Part shown: positions 18,671 to 28,790 of the stretch, piece after piece
Layout of the letters: each line of letters starts with the position of its first letter
Numbering within the stretch: position 1 is the stretch's first letter
Origin: Halarcobacter sp.
GTDB lineage: Bacteria; Campylobacterota; Campylobacteria; Campylobacterales; Arcobacteraceae
Assembly (NCBI GenBank): GCA_048571215.1
Contig: CP182352.1
Location: 3,264,001 to 3,328,000, forward strand
Direction: 5' to 3'
DNA length: 64,000 bases
Position numbers and translations under genes: made by a program
The notes under the pieces: generated by a model
What the model saw: only the letters and a program-made list of their open reading frames with translations
What the model was told of the DNA's origin: nothing
Database searches by the model: none

Positions 18671-18859
18671 TTAAAATCTCTCTTTTGAAATAATAAGTTT
18701 TTTTATCTCATCTGTCTCAAAAGAGCTGTTGTTTGATTTTAATAGTTTTCCTAAAAGGCTTAGAGGTTTAACCCTATCAAAGCATTTACCTTTGTAAGAA
18801 AAACTAACATAGTTTTTATCCTCAATAGCCTTTTGTAAAAAGTGATATTCTATATTCAT
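18671..18859 (-). CDS. Small hypothetical protein with a minimal WYL-like pattern
   Basis: LQKAIEDKNYVSFSY...RVKPLSL...SFETDEIKKLIISKERF; ATGA overlap with the upstream gene. Confidence 0.6.
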   Translation of the reverse strand: MNIEYHFLQKAIEDKNYVSFSYKGKCFDRVKPLSLLGKLLKSNNSSFETDEIKKLIISKERF

Positions 18860-19113
18860 GCACTCAAATAGCAGTTTAATTGTTTCGTATCTTTCCCATT
18901 AAAAGCCAATACTCTATCTAATCTAATAAGTGTACCATCTTCAATTATCATAAACTCTTGTCTTTCAAAGCTTCTAAAGTTTACAATTTTTGTAGAAACA
19001 GTTTTCTCTTTATCCTCTTCTAGATATGTTAATTTACATTGCTTCTTTTTTGTAGCAGCTGCTTCAAACTCATCGTATAATGAACACGACACTGGTATAT
19101 ATTTCTTACTCAT
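18856..19113 (-). CDS. Rho-binding antiterminator Rof/YaeO-like protein
   Basis: YIPVSCSLYDEFEAAA...EFMIIEDGTLIRLDRV parallels YaeO YQPINCDDYDNLELA...EYL...RLDKI. Confidence 0.8.
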   Translation of the reverse strand: MSKKYIPVSCSLYDEFEAAATKKKQCKLTYLEEDKEKTVSTKIVNFRSFERQEFMIIEDGTLIRLDRVLAFNGKDTKQLNCYLSA

Positions 19114-19124
19114 CTCTTTCCTTC

Positions 19125-19544
19125 TTATAATTCTAATTTATTTAATATATGAAAAAATATTTCATTCTCTTCTTTACTTAGTTTAGAGCTTAGATTTTCT
19201 CTAAACTCTGTAACCTTGTCAAAGGTTTTTTCTAATATCTCTTCCCCTTGTGAAGTTAGAATGATTTTATTACTTCTTTTATCATTATTTATATCATTTT
19301 TTCTTATTATCAAGCCTTTTTTTTCTAAAGAGTTTAAAGAACGGCTTATTGTTGTTTTATCTTTCCCTAAAAGTTTAGCTATGGTTGTTTGATTTACACT
19401 TGGTTCAAACTTTATAATCTCTAGGGTTGCTCTTTGTTCTATGGCAATATTATAAGGGTGCAAATTTTTATTTAATTTTTGGCTTGCGCTATTTGCGCCT
19501 TTTATGAATCTATAAGCTATTGAATCTTTTAAAGCATATTTCAT
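19125..19544 (-). CDS. MarR-family transcriptional regulator
   Basis: NQTTIAKLLGKDKTTISRSLNSLEKKGLI, DKRSNKIILTSQG. Confidence 0.93.
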   Translation of the reverse strand: MKYALKDSIAYRFIKGANSASQKLNKNLHPYNIAIEQRATLEIIKFEPSVNQTTIAKLLGKDKTTISRSLNSLEKKGLIIRKNDINNDKRSNKIILTSQGEEILEKTFDKVTEFRENLSSKLSKEENEIFFHILNKLEL

Positions 19545-19556
19545 ATCATCCCTTTA

Positions 19557-19585
19557 GTTGCATATGCAATTATTGCATATGCAAC
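19557..19585. promoter_or_regulatory. Tandem palindromic operator, likely MarR autoregulatory site
   Basis: GTTGCATATGCAAT-T-ATTGCATATGCAAC, 12 bp upstream of the marR ATG. Confidence 0.78.
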
Positions 19586-19657
19586 CTTTTTTTTGGCTTA
19601 CATATTGTTGTTTTGTTAAAGAAAATCTATTATAATAAAAAAAATTCTTTAGGAAAT

Positions 19658-20701
19658 ATGATGTTAATGCTTTTATATTTTTCAATTGCTATTGGAATCT
19701 CTTTTTTATGTTCAATTTTAGAAGCTGTAATACTTTCTATAAACCAATCCCATATTGAGTTAATAAAGCAAGAAAAACCAAAACTTGGTTCTTTGATGTA
19801 TAAACAAAAAAGAAAGATTGATTATTCTATTGGAGCTATTCTTACTTTGAATACTTTTGCACATACCTTAGGTGCAGCAGGGGTTGGGGCAGAGGCTGCC
19901 AAAGCTTTTGGGGAGCAGTATATGTTTTTTGTATCTGCTATATTAACTCTTTTGATACTATTTTTTTCTGAAATAATTCCTAAAACAATAGGAGCACTTT
20001 ATTGGAAATCTCTAAGTGAATTTACAACAAGAGTAATAGAATTCTTAGTTTTTATCACTTATCCTTTGTTATTTATTATGAATAAAGTTACAGCCTTATT
20101 TAAATCAAATAAACATGAGACTATTAGCAAAGATGAGATAAATGCCTTAGTTAATATTGCTAAAAATCATGGAGTGTTAAAAGAAAGAGAGAAAAAATTC
20201 ATAGGTAATATATTGAGTTTAGGGGATCTTAGAGTAAAAGATATTTATACGCCAAGAAGTGTAATGTTTGCTATAAAAAAAGAGGATTTGATAAATAGTT
20301 TTTTACAAAAAGATAAGAGTTTTGATTTAGAGAAACTAAAGGTGTATTCTAGGATCCCTATTTATGATAAAAATATTGATGATATTGTTGGAATAATAAT
20401 CTCAAAAGAGTTTTTTTATGAAACTATAGAGAATAATTTAGAAAATAAAGAAGATATCATCAATGAAGTAAATAGTATAAATGAAAATATTAGAGTTCCT
20501 AAATTGATTGATATGTTTATATCTAAAAATGAGCATATTTATATAGTAGAGGATAATTATGGACAAACAAAGGGAATAGTGACCTTAGAAGATGCTCTAG
20601 AGGCTATTTTAGGTATTGAAATAGTTGATGAACTTGATCAAAATATTGATATGAGAGAGCTTGCAAAAGAAAAAATGAAGTTACATAGAGCTAGATCTTG
20701 A
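19658..20701 (+). CDS. CNNM (DUF21)/CBS-domain hemolysin/CorC-like transporter
   Basis: SFLCSILEAVILS, ILTLNTFAHTLGA, SEIIPKTIG, TPRSVM, YSRIPIY, GIVTLEDALE; start moved to 19658. Confidence 0.9.
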   Translation: MMLMLLYFSIAIGISFLCSILEAVILSINQSHIELIKQEKPKLGSLMYKQKRKIDYSIGAILTLNTFAHTLGAAGVGAEAAKAFGEQYMFFVSAILTLLILFFSEIIPKTIGALYWKSLSEFTTRVIEFLVFITYPLLFIMNKVTALFKSNKHETISKDEINALVNIAKNHGVLKEREKKFIGNILSLGDLRVKDIYTPRSVMFAIKKEDLINSFLQKDKSFDLEKLKVYSRIPIYDKNIDDIVGIIISKEFFYETIENNLENKEDIINEVNSINENIRVPKLIDMFISKNEHIYIVEDNYGQTKGIVTLEDALEAILGIEIVDELDQNIDMRELAKEKMKLHRARS

Positions 20702-20702
20702 G

Positions 20703-20728
20703 TATATGAAGAGAGATCTCTTCATATA
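20703..20728. terminator. Bidirectional hairpin between convergent genes
   Basis: TATATGAAGAGA-GA-TCTCTTCATATA. Confidence 0.7.
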
Positions 20729-20732
20729 TTGA

Positions 20733-21248
20733 TTATTTTTTGCAGTGTTCAGCGTAAAAATTACCAAACTTAAGACCAGTTCCTGCCTTGTCTTTTTTTA
20801 CAGTATATTTAGTAACTACAGGATTACACTCATCAATCCAAGAGTATAAATCATATATTTTTACTGTTTTAAAACCCATTTTTTTAAAGTTTTCAGCCTC
20901 TATTGATGCTCTTGCTGCTGAATTACAAACAACAATGATATTATCTTTTATGAATTTGCCATTATCATCTAAAACAAAATTCCCTAAAGCCTTCTCTGGT
21001 GCTTGTCTTCCAACTCTTTGAGAACCTTTTATATGAGCACCTGACCATTCTTCAATAGTTCTAACATCTGCAACTATCCAATCTTTTGAAGCTAAAGCTT
21101 TTTTAACCTCTTGTGTGGTTGCAAAGTTACCACTTTTTTTGAACTCTGCTTTTAAACCTTTTGTTAATGTACTATAATCTACAAAATCAGATGCGAACAT
21201 AGAACTTGTAAACAATAATGCACTTATACAAAGCATTTTAATTTTCAT
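20733..21248 (-). CDS. Exported rhodanese-like domain protein
   Basis: Signal peptide; ADVRTIEEWSGAHIKGS; active-site VVCNSAARA. Confidence 0.88.
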   Translation of the reverse strand: MKIKMLCISALLFTSSMFASDFVDYSTLTKGLKAEFKKSGNFATTQEVKKALASKDWIVADVRTIEEWSGAHIKGSQRVGRQAPEKALGNFVLDDNGKFIKDNIIVVCNSAARASIEAENFKKMGFKTVKIYDLYSWIDECNPVVTKYTVKKDKAGTGLKFGNFYAEHCKK

Positions 21249-21435
21249 TACTTCCCCTTATGATAAAAATCTTTATATTATAATTATAACTTATTATTTT
21301 AATCTTAAAAAAATATATTAAAATCATAATATTTATTATTAATTTATATTATGATTCTTAAAGTGCCTGTTTTATTTTCCCTTTATACTTATATATTATA
21401 ATATCGTCAATAATTTATTTTTTAGGATTCTAAAA

Positions 21436-21819
21436 ATGGATAATACAAATTTAACACAAAAGCCCACAAGCTCTTTTGAAAAGAAACTAGTACAAGAAAA
21501 ATATAATGTAAACATTGCTTTTTATGTTCATTTAAAAGAGTACAATAATACAGTAAGAGAAGAATTAGAAAAAAGACTTGCAGAAGTGTTTTTTTATTCA
21601 AAGGGAGTTGATTGGAAGTTTGACAGCTTTGGCATAGAAAAAAGTGGTTCAAGAAGTAAAAATTTATTAGGTTACTTTATCTTTAGAACTTCAAATATTA
21701 GTGAACTAAAAAAGTTATTTTTGGAATATTTTGAGGATTATAATAATGCTTTAAAAATAACTTGTTCAATTGCGGAATATGAGAAGATAAGTGAAACTTT
21801 TTTTGAATTAGAAGTATAA
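21436..21819 (+). CDS. Hypothetical protein
   Basis: 127-aa ORF with AGGA RBS, no motif recognised. Confidence 0.6.
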   Translation: MDNTNLTQKPTSSFEKKLVQEKYNVNIAFYVHLKEYNNTVREELEKRLAEVFFYSKGVDWKFDSFGIEKSGSRSKNLLGYFIFRTSNISELKKLFLEYFEDYNNALKITCSIAEYEKISETFFELEV

Positions 21820-21843
21820 TGTTTCAATATAAGGGAGAGTATT

Positions 21844-22659
21844 ATGAGTATTAAAAAAATAACATCTTTAACTATGCTATTAACCATGGTTATAATGACA
21901 TATACAGGAATAATGCTATTTATAGCACCTCCGGGAAGAGTTGCAAATTGGGCTGATTGGCAGATAATTGGTTTAAGTAAAGAACAATATGCTCAAGTTC
22001 ATTCTACTTTTATGGTACTTTTTATTGTTTTTACACTTTTACATATATACTATAATTTCAAACCAATGCTTAGTTATATGAAAAACCAAGCTAAACAGCT
22101 AGTGGTTTTTACAAAAGATATGATTATATCTTTTTTATTGGTAGGTATATTTTTAATGGGAACTTTATACAATTTCTCTCCCTTTTCAGATTTCTTACGA
22201 ATGGGAGATACAATAAAAAATTCTTGGGAAAAAGAGTATGGTACAGCACCTTATTCACATGCAGAACTTGATTCTTTAGATAAGTTTTCTAAGAAGTTAG
22301 GTTTTGATATGATAAAGGTAAATGAAGTTTTAAACTCAAATAATATAGAGTTTCTACCTTCCCAATCATTAATTCAAATTTCAAAAAACAATAAAATTAG
22401 TCCCCAGTTTATATATAATATTTTAAGAAAAAACTTGGATAAAGAAAATAAGCTTATCCCCCTAACAGGTTTAGGTAAAAAAACTGTAAAAGAGGTAGCT
22501 CAAACTTTAAATATCTCTTTTCAAGAATTTAAAAAACAGCTAAATCTTTTGGGTATAAAAAATATTGAAGAGGATAAAAAGTTTAAGGAATTACTTGAAG
22601 AGTATGATATGAGCCCAATGGCTGTTATGCAAAAGCTAGGTTATAAAAAACCTAACTAG
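21844..22659 (+). CDS. DUF4405-domain membrane protein
   Basis: TGIMLFIAPPGRVANW, QVH...LHIYYN TM histidines, PYSHAEL. Confidence 0.8.
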   Translation: MSIKKITSLTMLLTMVIMTYTGIMLFIAPPGRVANWADWQIIGLSKEQYAQVHSTFMVLFIVFTLLHIYYNFKPMLSYMKNQAKQLVVFTKDMIISFLLVGIFLMGTLYNFSPFSDFLRMGDTIKNSWEKEYGTAPYSHAELDSLDKFSKKLGFDMIKVNEVLNSNNIEFLPSQSLIQISKNNKISPQFIYNILRKNLDKENKLIPLTGLGKKTVKEVAQTLNISFQEFKKQLNLLGIKNIEEDKKFKELLEEYDMSPMAVMQKLGYKKPN

Positions 22660-23311
22660 ATTTAGATATCAAATCAAAAATATCTAATGGGGTTTTGACA
22701 ATATAGTCTGCCCCATTTTCTAATAGCTCAATCTCTTCCCTAAAACCCCACTTTACACCTACAGCTATCATATTTGCATTTTTTGCTGTTTGCATATCTA
22801 CATCAGTATCCCCAATAAAATATATCTCCTCACAAGGGATATTAAACTTTTTGGCAATCTCTATTGCTGCAGTTGGATTTGGCTTTTTAGGAACTTGTAA
22901 TTTTTGTCCGTGGGGTTCTTCAATTTTGTATGAGCTAAAGAATTTTTCAACATATTTTAGGGTAAATTCATGGGGCTTATTTGATAGAACTGCTAGTTTT
23001 ATATTGTGTTTTTTTAACTTATCAAAAAGTTCATATACTCCCTCATAAGGCTTTGTATTTGAATGAAGATTTTGTTCATAAATAGTTTTAAACCTATCTA
23101 ATAGTTTACTAATCATCTCTTCTTTTGTATCTTTGGGAGTACAATTTCTTATCAAAATCTCAGCTCCACCACCTACAAAAGATTTATATTGTTCAATTGT
23201 ATGTGTGGGCAAACTAAACTCTTCTAGTACTTTATTTGCACATATTGCTATATCACTTAGAGAATCTATAAGTGTTCCATCCAAATCAAATATAATAGCT
23301 TTGTTTTTCAT
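22652..23311 (-). CDS. HAD-IA hydrolase (phosphoglycolate phosphatase-like)
   Basis: FDLDGTLIDS, LSNK, KKPNP, IGDTDVD motifs. Confidence 0.92.
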   Translation of the reverse strand: MKNKAIIFDLDGTLIDSLSDIAICANKVLEEFSLPTHTIEQYKSFVGGGAEILIRNCTPKDTKEEMISKLLDRFKTIYEQNLHSNTKPYEGVYELFDKLKKHNIKLAVLSNKPHEFTLKYVEKFFSSYKIEEPHGQKLQVPKKPNPTAAIEIAKKFNIPCEEIYFIGDTDVDMQTAKNANMIAVGVKWGFREEIELLENGADYIVKTPLDIFDLISKSS

Positions 23312-23318
23312 ATAAATC

Positions 23319-24494
23319 CTAATGTTCTTTTATTATATGTCTTGAAAAAATTATTGATAAAATAATAGCAAAGAAAGTTAACGTGGAACTTATTAAAAAG
23401 ACTAAATCATAACTTTTATTCAAATCATAAAGATAACCAGCTCCTACAGGAGCAATTGTTTGGCATAGGGCAAAAAGCAAAGTTACTAAAGCTAAAACTT
23501 GTGCATTTTTTTTCACATCAAAGTGGATAGAAGTAAGTAGTGTTATGAGTGAAGGCACACTCCAAACAGATATTCCAAAGGTGATAGCAGATATCCAAAC
23601 AGCAATAAAATTTAAGTCAAGGGTTAATATAAAGTTGGAAATTGTTTGTAAAATAAAAACCAAAATCAAAGCTTTATAGGCGCTTGTTTTATCTGCAAGA
23701 ATACCAAATATATAACCTGAAAAAATACTCAAAAATCCAACTAAAGCCCAAAAGTCTCCAGAGATAGAAGTACTAAAATCGTATTTGCTAATAACTGCAC
23801 TTACAAAATATGTAACATAAACAGCATAGCTTAGTCCAAATATCATATATAATATCCCAACCTTCCAAAAGGAGCTTATAAAAAAGTATTCAAAAGCTTT
23901 TGATTTTAATTCACTCAAATGATGTGAGGTGTCTTTTTTTATCCCAATTTGTGAAACAAAAGCAAAAACAACCATTATACAACTAAATAAAATCCATGAA
24001 GTTTCCCAAGCATCTATTTTAACAATATTTTCAATATATGGAACAATTTGTCCAGAAATCACAATTGCAACTCCACTTGCACTAACTACTATTCCTATAG
24101 CTTTTCCCCTTATATCTTTTGGAATCTCATTTGATAAGTAAGACATAATTGAGATATTTGAAATACTTGCTAAAAATCCTGCAAGGCAATAGAAAAAAGA
24201 GATAAGTAGGTAGTTTGAAAAAACTGTCATAAGTACCATAAATAAAGCTTGTAAAATCATTGTTGCAAAGATAAGTTTATATGTTGGGTATTTTGTATAT
24301 AAAGAGTTTACAAATAAAATACCAATGAAGTATCCTATAAAATTAGCTGTACCTATAAAACCAACTTGGGTTGTTGAGAGTTCTAAAGATGCTTGTAGAT
24401 TTGGTAAAATCATACCAAAAGCAAATCTTCCAAATCCTAAACATGAAAATAGAATTAAAAAAGCTGATAAAATCTGTTTTATGTAAGGTTTCAA
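23319..24494 (-). CDS. MFS transporter (YbfB/YjiJ-like)
   Basis: GFGRFAFGMILP, ANFIGYFIG, about 12 TM segments. Confidence 0.87.
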   Translation of the reverse strand: MKPYIKQILSAFLILFSCLGFGRFAFGMILPNLQASLELSTTQVGFIGTANFIGYFIGILFVNSLYTKYPTYKLIFATMILQALFMVLMTVFSNYLLISFFYCLAGFLASISNISIMSYLSNEIPKDIRGKAIGIVVSASGVAIVISGQIVPYIENIVKIDAWETSWILFSCIMVVFAFVSQIGIKKDTSHHLSELKSKAFEYFFISSFWKVGILYMIFGLSYAVYVTYFVSAVISKYDFSTSISGDFWALVGFLSIFSGYIFGILADKTSAYKALILVFILQTISNFILTLDLNFIAVWISAITFGISVWSVPSLITLLTSIHFDVKKNAQVLALVTLLFALCQTIAPVGAGYLYDLNKSYDLVFLISSTLTFFAIILSIIFSRHIIKEH

Positions 24495-25108
24495 TTTCTT
24501 AGTTCTATCACTTCATTTGATAATTCATTTTCATCATTTTCTTGAATAGGAAAATTTTTGATTAGAATCTCATTACATTGTTTTATTGCTTTTATATAAC
24601 CATTTGAAATATTGTTATCTTTTACATCTTTGATAAATTCATCAACAATATTTTGCCAATAAGAGTCATCAATCTTCCCTTTTATGACACTATCTGTAAT
24701 AATTTCCACATATTTTTCATCTAAACTAACAAAAAACATAATAGCCTGCTTTGTTTTTATTTTTTGTAAACCTAGATTAGCAAATTGTTTATTTGCATAA
24801 ATAGATGCTTTTTCATATTTGTATGATTTTGGAAGTAAAGATAAAAGTGCTTTATTTGATTTATCAAAAATAAAATAAAAGAAGATAAAACTTAGTGTTT
24901 GTATTTCAAATAGTTTTATACTATTATTTTCAAAAACTAATGTTATAAGTGAAATAATAGTTGTGATAAATAGGCTTAAAGCTATGGTTTCAAACTTGTA
25001 TAAAGATGATTTTTTAGTCATAACTGCAACAAGTTCAGCTGAACTTTGTTTCTCAAGGTTTTCAATCTCTTGTGAGATTTTTTGTTTTTCATTTTCGTTT
25101 AAATACAT
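24491..25108 (-). CDS. TPM-domain membrane protein
   Basis: IENLEKQSSAELV, FFVSLDEKYVEIITD, NELSNEV; ATG at 25108 overlaps the upstream TAA. Confidence 0.85.
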   Translation of the reverse strand: MYLNENEKQKISQEIENLEKQSSAELVAVMTKKSSLYKFETIALSLFITTIISLITLVFENNSIKLFEIQTLSFIFFYFIFDKSNKALLSLLPKSYKYEKASIYANKQFANLGLQKIKTKQAIMFFVSLDEKYVEIITDSVIKGKIDDSYWQNIVDEFIKDVKDNNISNGYIKAIKQCNEILIKNFPIQENDENELSNEVIELRN

Positions 25109-26001
25109 TACCATCCTCCACTAGCGCCACCGCCACCAAAACTTCCGCCACCTCCACCGAAGCCACCAGAACTACTAAACCCTCCACCTGAAGAGAAACC
25201 ACCAAAACCTCCATTATATCCAGTACCATAAGAGGGGTGAGTACTAGAATAAGAATCAAAAGAAACTTTTTTTGTAGTTAAATAAACAATAATACCAATA
25301 ACAAAGTATGCAATACCAGCAAATAATAAACTTTGGGTAAAGCCAATAGCAAAAGTACCTGCAAATCCCCCTAACATACTAGAATGAAATAGTTTACTAA
25401 TTTTCATATTTTTAAATTTTCTAGTAGCTCCACCTAATATAGCAGATATAAATATTATTGCAAAAAATAGGAAAAACCAATTTTCGGAAGTTTTATTTAA
25501 TACTCCATAATCACTTGGTTTATATTCACCCTTAATAGCTTTTATAATAGCATTTGTTGCCTCACTAATACCACCATAAAAATCACCTTGTCTAAACTTT
25601 GGTTTTAAAACATATTCTATAATCTCATGGGCTGTCTTATCTGTAAGTACTCCTTCAAGACCATATCCAACTTCTATTCTTAGCTTTTTTTCAGCCATTG
25701 AGATGATAAGTAAAACTCCATTGTTTTTATCTTTTTGACCAATTTGCCAATATCTTCCTAACTGATAACCATAATCTGCTATATCATAACCATCTAGGGA
25801 GTTTAGTGTTACTATTACTATTTGATTAGAAGTATTTTTTTCTTCATTTGCTAATATAGAAGATAGTTTTGCCTCCTCTTGTTTTGATAATATTTGAGCA
25901 TTATCAACAACTCTTCCTGTAAGGGAAGGAAAAGTTGGAGCTGCTAATAGTATATTTTGTAAAAGAAGAAAAGATACTATTGTTAGAACTATTTTTTTCA
26001 T
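25108..26001 (-). CDS. TPM-domain protein (YgcG-like) with Gly-rich tail
   Basis: LTGRVVDNAQIL, WQIGQKDKNNGVLL, RIEVGYGLEG, GGGGGSFGGGGASGGW. Confidence 0.92.
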   Translation of the reverse strand: MKKIVLTIVSFLLLQNILLAAPTFPSLTGRVVDNAQILSKQEEAKLSSILANEEKNTSNQIVIVTLNSLDGYDIADYGYQLGRYWQIGQKDKNNGVLLIISMAEKKLRIEVGYGLEGVLTDKTAHEIIEYVLKPKFRQGDFYGGISEATNAIIKAIKGEYKPSDYGVLNKTSENWFFLFFAIIFISAILGGATRKFKNMKISKLFHSSMLGGFAGTFAIGFTQSLLFAGIAYFVIGIIVYLTTKKVSFDSYSSTHPSYGTGYNGGFGGFSSGGGFSSSGGFGGGGGSFGGGGASGGW

Positions 26002-26002
26002 A

Positions 26003-26593
26003 TTAGAAATTTACTTTCGGAGCTTCTTGTTCTTGAGGTGATGCTGTAAAAGTTTGCTTTACTTGTGCTTCTGGATATATTATCGCTGCAACTATTTTAC
26101 CAGGAAAAGTTCTTAATTCAAGATTATAAAGTCTTACTGTTTCTATGTAATCCCTTCTTGCAACAGAGATTCTATTTTCTGTTCCTTCTAGTTGAGATTG
26201 AAGTGCTAGAAAGTTTTTGTTTGCTTTCAAATTTGGATATCTTTCAACCACTAACATTAGTTTTGATAGGGCAGAACTTAGGGCTCCTTGTGCTTGTTGA
26301 AATTGTTTGAAAAGTTGTGGGTTAGATAACATCTCAGGAGTTAAGTTGATTTTCCCAACATTTGCTCTTGCTTGGGTAACTTCTGTTAAAGTTGATTTTT
26401 CATGTGCCGCATAAGCTTTTACTGTTGATACAAGATTTGGGATCAAATCTGCTCTTCTTTTGTATTGGTTTTGAACTTGAGACCAAGCTGCTTTAACATT
26501 TTCATCCAATTTTGGCACATTATTTATATTTGTTGCAATTAAGGCAATAATTGCAATAACAATTACACCTAGTCCTATTAAAAAAGCTTTCAT
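26003..26593 (-). CDS. lemA: LemA family protein
   Basis: WSQVQNQYKRRADLIPNLV, ERYPNLKAN, QLEGTENRISVARR. Confidence 0.94.
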   Translation of the reverse strand: MKAFLIGLGVIVIAIIALIATNINNVPKLDENVKAAWSQVQNQYKRRADLIPNLVSTVKAYAAHEKSTLTEVTQARANVGKINLTPEMLSNPQLFKQFQQAQGALSSALSKLMLVVERYPNLKANKNFLALQSQLEGTENRISVARRDYIETVRLYNLELRTFPGKIVAAIIYPEAQVKQTFTASPQEQEAPKVNF

Positions 26594-26712
26594 TTTTTAA
26601 ACCTTTCTTTGAAATTAAGGTATATTATTTAAATATTGATTAATAGATAATGAAAGATGTTTTATAATTTAGTATTAATTTGTAATAATACTACTTTAGA
26701 AGAAAGGTATTT

Positions 26713-27363
26713 ATGAAAAAATGGGAAGAGATAATAAATAAAGAGAAATCTAAAGCTTACTATTCAAGCTTAAAAGAACAGATTGATTACAAATATAAAA
26801 ATACAACAGTATTCCCTCCTAAGAGGATGATCTATAACGCTTTTTCAAAAACACCATTTGATGATTTAAAAGTTGTAATATTAGGGCAAGATCCTTATCA
26901 TGGAAAAGACCAAGCTCAAGGCTTAGCTTTTTCAACACCAAAAGAGATTAAAAATCCACCCTCTATGAAAAATATATTAAAAGAGATTGAATCTGATCTT
27001 AAAAGGCCCTCATCTTGCATAGATGGAGATTTGAATACCTGGGCACAAGAGGGAGTATTATTGTTAAATACAATTTTAACTGTAGAAGAGGGGAAACCTA
27101 AATCTCATCACAATCTTGGTTGGGAAATTTTTACAGACAATATTATAAAATATATTTCTCATAATTGTGAAGATGTGATTTTTTTACTTTGGGGAGCACC
27201 AGCTATTTCTAAATCAAAGTTGATAGATAAAAGGAAACATTATATATTAACTGCTCCACATCCTAGTCCTTTATCTGCATACAGGGGATTTTTTGGATGT
27301 AAACATTTTAGTAAAACAAATGAAATTTTAGATTTAATAGATAAAAAACCAATTAATTGGTAA
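26713..27363 (+). CDS. ung: Uracil-DNA glycosylase (family 1)
   Basis: ILGQDPYH, GVLLLNT, HPSPLSA motifs. Confidence 0.96.
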   Translation: MKKWEEIINKEKSKAYYSSLKEQIDYKYKNTTVFPPKRMIYNAFSKTPFDDLKVVILGQDPYHGKDQAQGLAFSTPKEIKNPPSMKNILKEIESDLKRPSSCIDGDLNTWAQEGVLLLNTILTVEEGKPKSHHNLGWEIFTDNIIKYISHNCEDVIFLLWGAPAISKSKLIDKRKHYILTAPHPSPLSAYRGFFGCKHFSKTNEILDLIDKKPINW

Positions 27364-27374
27364 AAGGAAGAGAA

Positions 27375-27779
27375 ATGGATGAAGAGAAATGGTATTTAGA
27401 AAATACTGGAAATCTAAACCAAATGTTAAGAGTAAGGGATGATATAGATTTACCTCAGACTATGAATGAGTTCCCAAATTTGGTTTTAATAAAACATGAT
27501 TTTCATGCAGCTGATGATATTATGTTCCCTGATCCTGCTTGTATAGCTTTCTTTACAGTTTTTGAAAACAATTATTTAGAGGCTTTAGAAGAGGAAAATG
27601 AATTAGCCCTATTAGCAGTTGATATATGTGAAGGCTTAATGGAATTTTATGTTTATTGTAAAGACCCACAAAAGATAATATATGATTCAATTGAATTTTT
27701 AAAATCAAATTCATTGTATGAATGTGATTTTGAAGTTATTTTAAATGATAATGGAGATAGATTAAATAATTTAATCTAG
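27375..27779 (+). CDS. DUF695-like hypothetical protein
   Basis: Acidic 134-aa ORF with a FP...FE...LE...LLAV...G.MEFYVY pattern; start moved to ATG 27375. Confidence 0.6.
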   Translation: MDEEKWYLENTGNLNQMLRVRDDIDLPQTMNEFPNLVLIKHDFHAADDIMFPDPACIAFFTVFENNYLEALEEENELALLAVDICEGLMEFYVYCKDPQKIIYDSIEFLKSNSLYECDFEVILNDNGDRLNNLI

Positions 27780-28366
27780 AATCCACTATTTAACCAAAGA
27801 TATACTTTATAATACCAATATCTATGACCTTTTGAAGGATATTTTTTTATATCACCAAAAACAAACTCTACAATCTCTTTATTTTTTGCATCAAGACTTG
27901 CACCTTTAGATAGAAATTGAGCAAATCCATTTTTTAGAAAAGTTTGAACTTGTTCCTCTTTTTCTTTAAACTCCATATAGCTCAAATCTTTTATTCTTTG
28001 TATCTCTCTATCCTCTAAAGTTTTTAGATATACTTGAAACTTAGTGTATGCACTAGATTTTTTTTCATTTTTACTATTGAAAAAAGCACTACTTGACTTC
28101 TCTACATCATGTTTTATATCCATTCCCATATCAATACATTGTTGAGTGTTATAGTCAATTTCTACACTTTTTTCATTTTCTTCCTCTTTTTTTTCTTCTT
28201 CTTGTGGAGTTTTATTTTCATATATTCTTTTTTCTTGTGGAGTTTCAATAAATGGATTTTTATTAATAACTTTAGTAGGAGTTTTCTTCTGAATCTCTTT
28301 TTGTTTCTCTACTTCATCATCTTTTTTTTCATTTTGTACAGGTTTTTTACTAAAAAAATTTAACAT
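27776..28366 (-). CDS. Hypothetical protein with low-complexity K/E-rich N-terminus
   Basis: 196-aa ORF with AAGG RBS. Confidence 0.65.
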   Translation of the reverse strand: MLNFFSKKPVQNEKKDDEVEKQKEIQKKTPTKVINKNPFIETPQEKRIYENKTPQEEEKKEEENEKSVEIDYNTQQCIDMGMDIKHDVEKSSSAFFNSKNEKKSSAYTKFQVYLKTLEDREIQRIKDLSYMEFKEKEEQVQTFLKNGFAQFLSKGASLDAKNKEIVEFVFGDIKKYPSKGHRYWYYKVYLWLNSGF

Positions 28367-28394
28367 CCTTCGCCCTTCTTTCTTCGTATTCTAT

Positions 28395-28790
28395 TTATTC
28401 ATTAAGACCTTGCAAAAAATTTACAAAATTTTTGTTATGTATTTTACTAATTTGCATAAAAATAAATACAACAATTACCACATTAAAATGAATCATCGCT
28501 TCTCTAAATGGCAAAAAAGCCAATAAAACCCCTGCAATAAGTATAAAAATAGGATAAGATAGTTTTATCCTAGCTTCATCATTAAGCAAAGCAGTTTTGT
28601 AATCTCTTAGATTGTTTTTTATGAACTCTTTATCATTTGTAGTTAATTCATTATTTTGTTTTAACTCATTTAAACCTTTTAATACCTCTAGTTTTTTTCT
28701 ATATTGATAATATTTAACAAATATTAAAATTAGTATCACAATAGAAAGCAAGTTTGATAATAGCTCTAAAGGAATTTGAACATTTTGCAT
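28395..28790 (-). CDS. Hypothetical membrane protein
   Basis: Three hydrophobic segments. Confidence 0.7.
   Translation of the reverse strand: MQNVQIPLELLSNLLSIVILILIFVKYYQYRKKLEVLKGLNELKQNNELTTNDKEFIKNNLRDYKTALLNDEARIKLSYPIFILIAGVLLAFLPFREAMIHFNVVIVVFIFMQISKIHNKNFVNFLQGLNE

Noticed and set aside
25108..25230. GC-rich repetitive stretch (CCACC/CCGCC)
   Set aside because: Encodes the normal Gly/Ser-rich tail of TPM-domain proteins.
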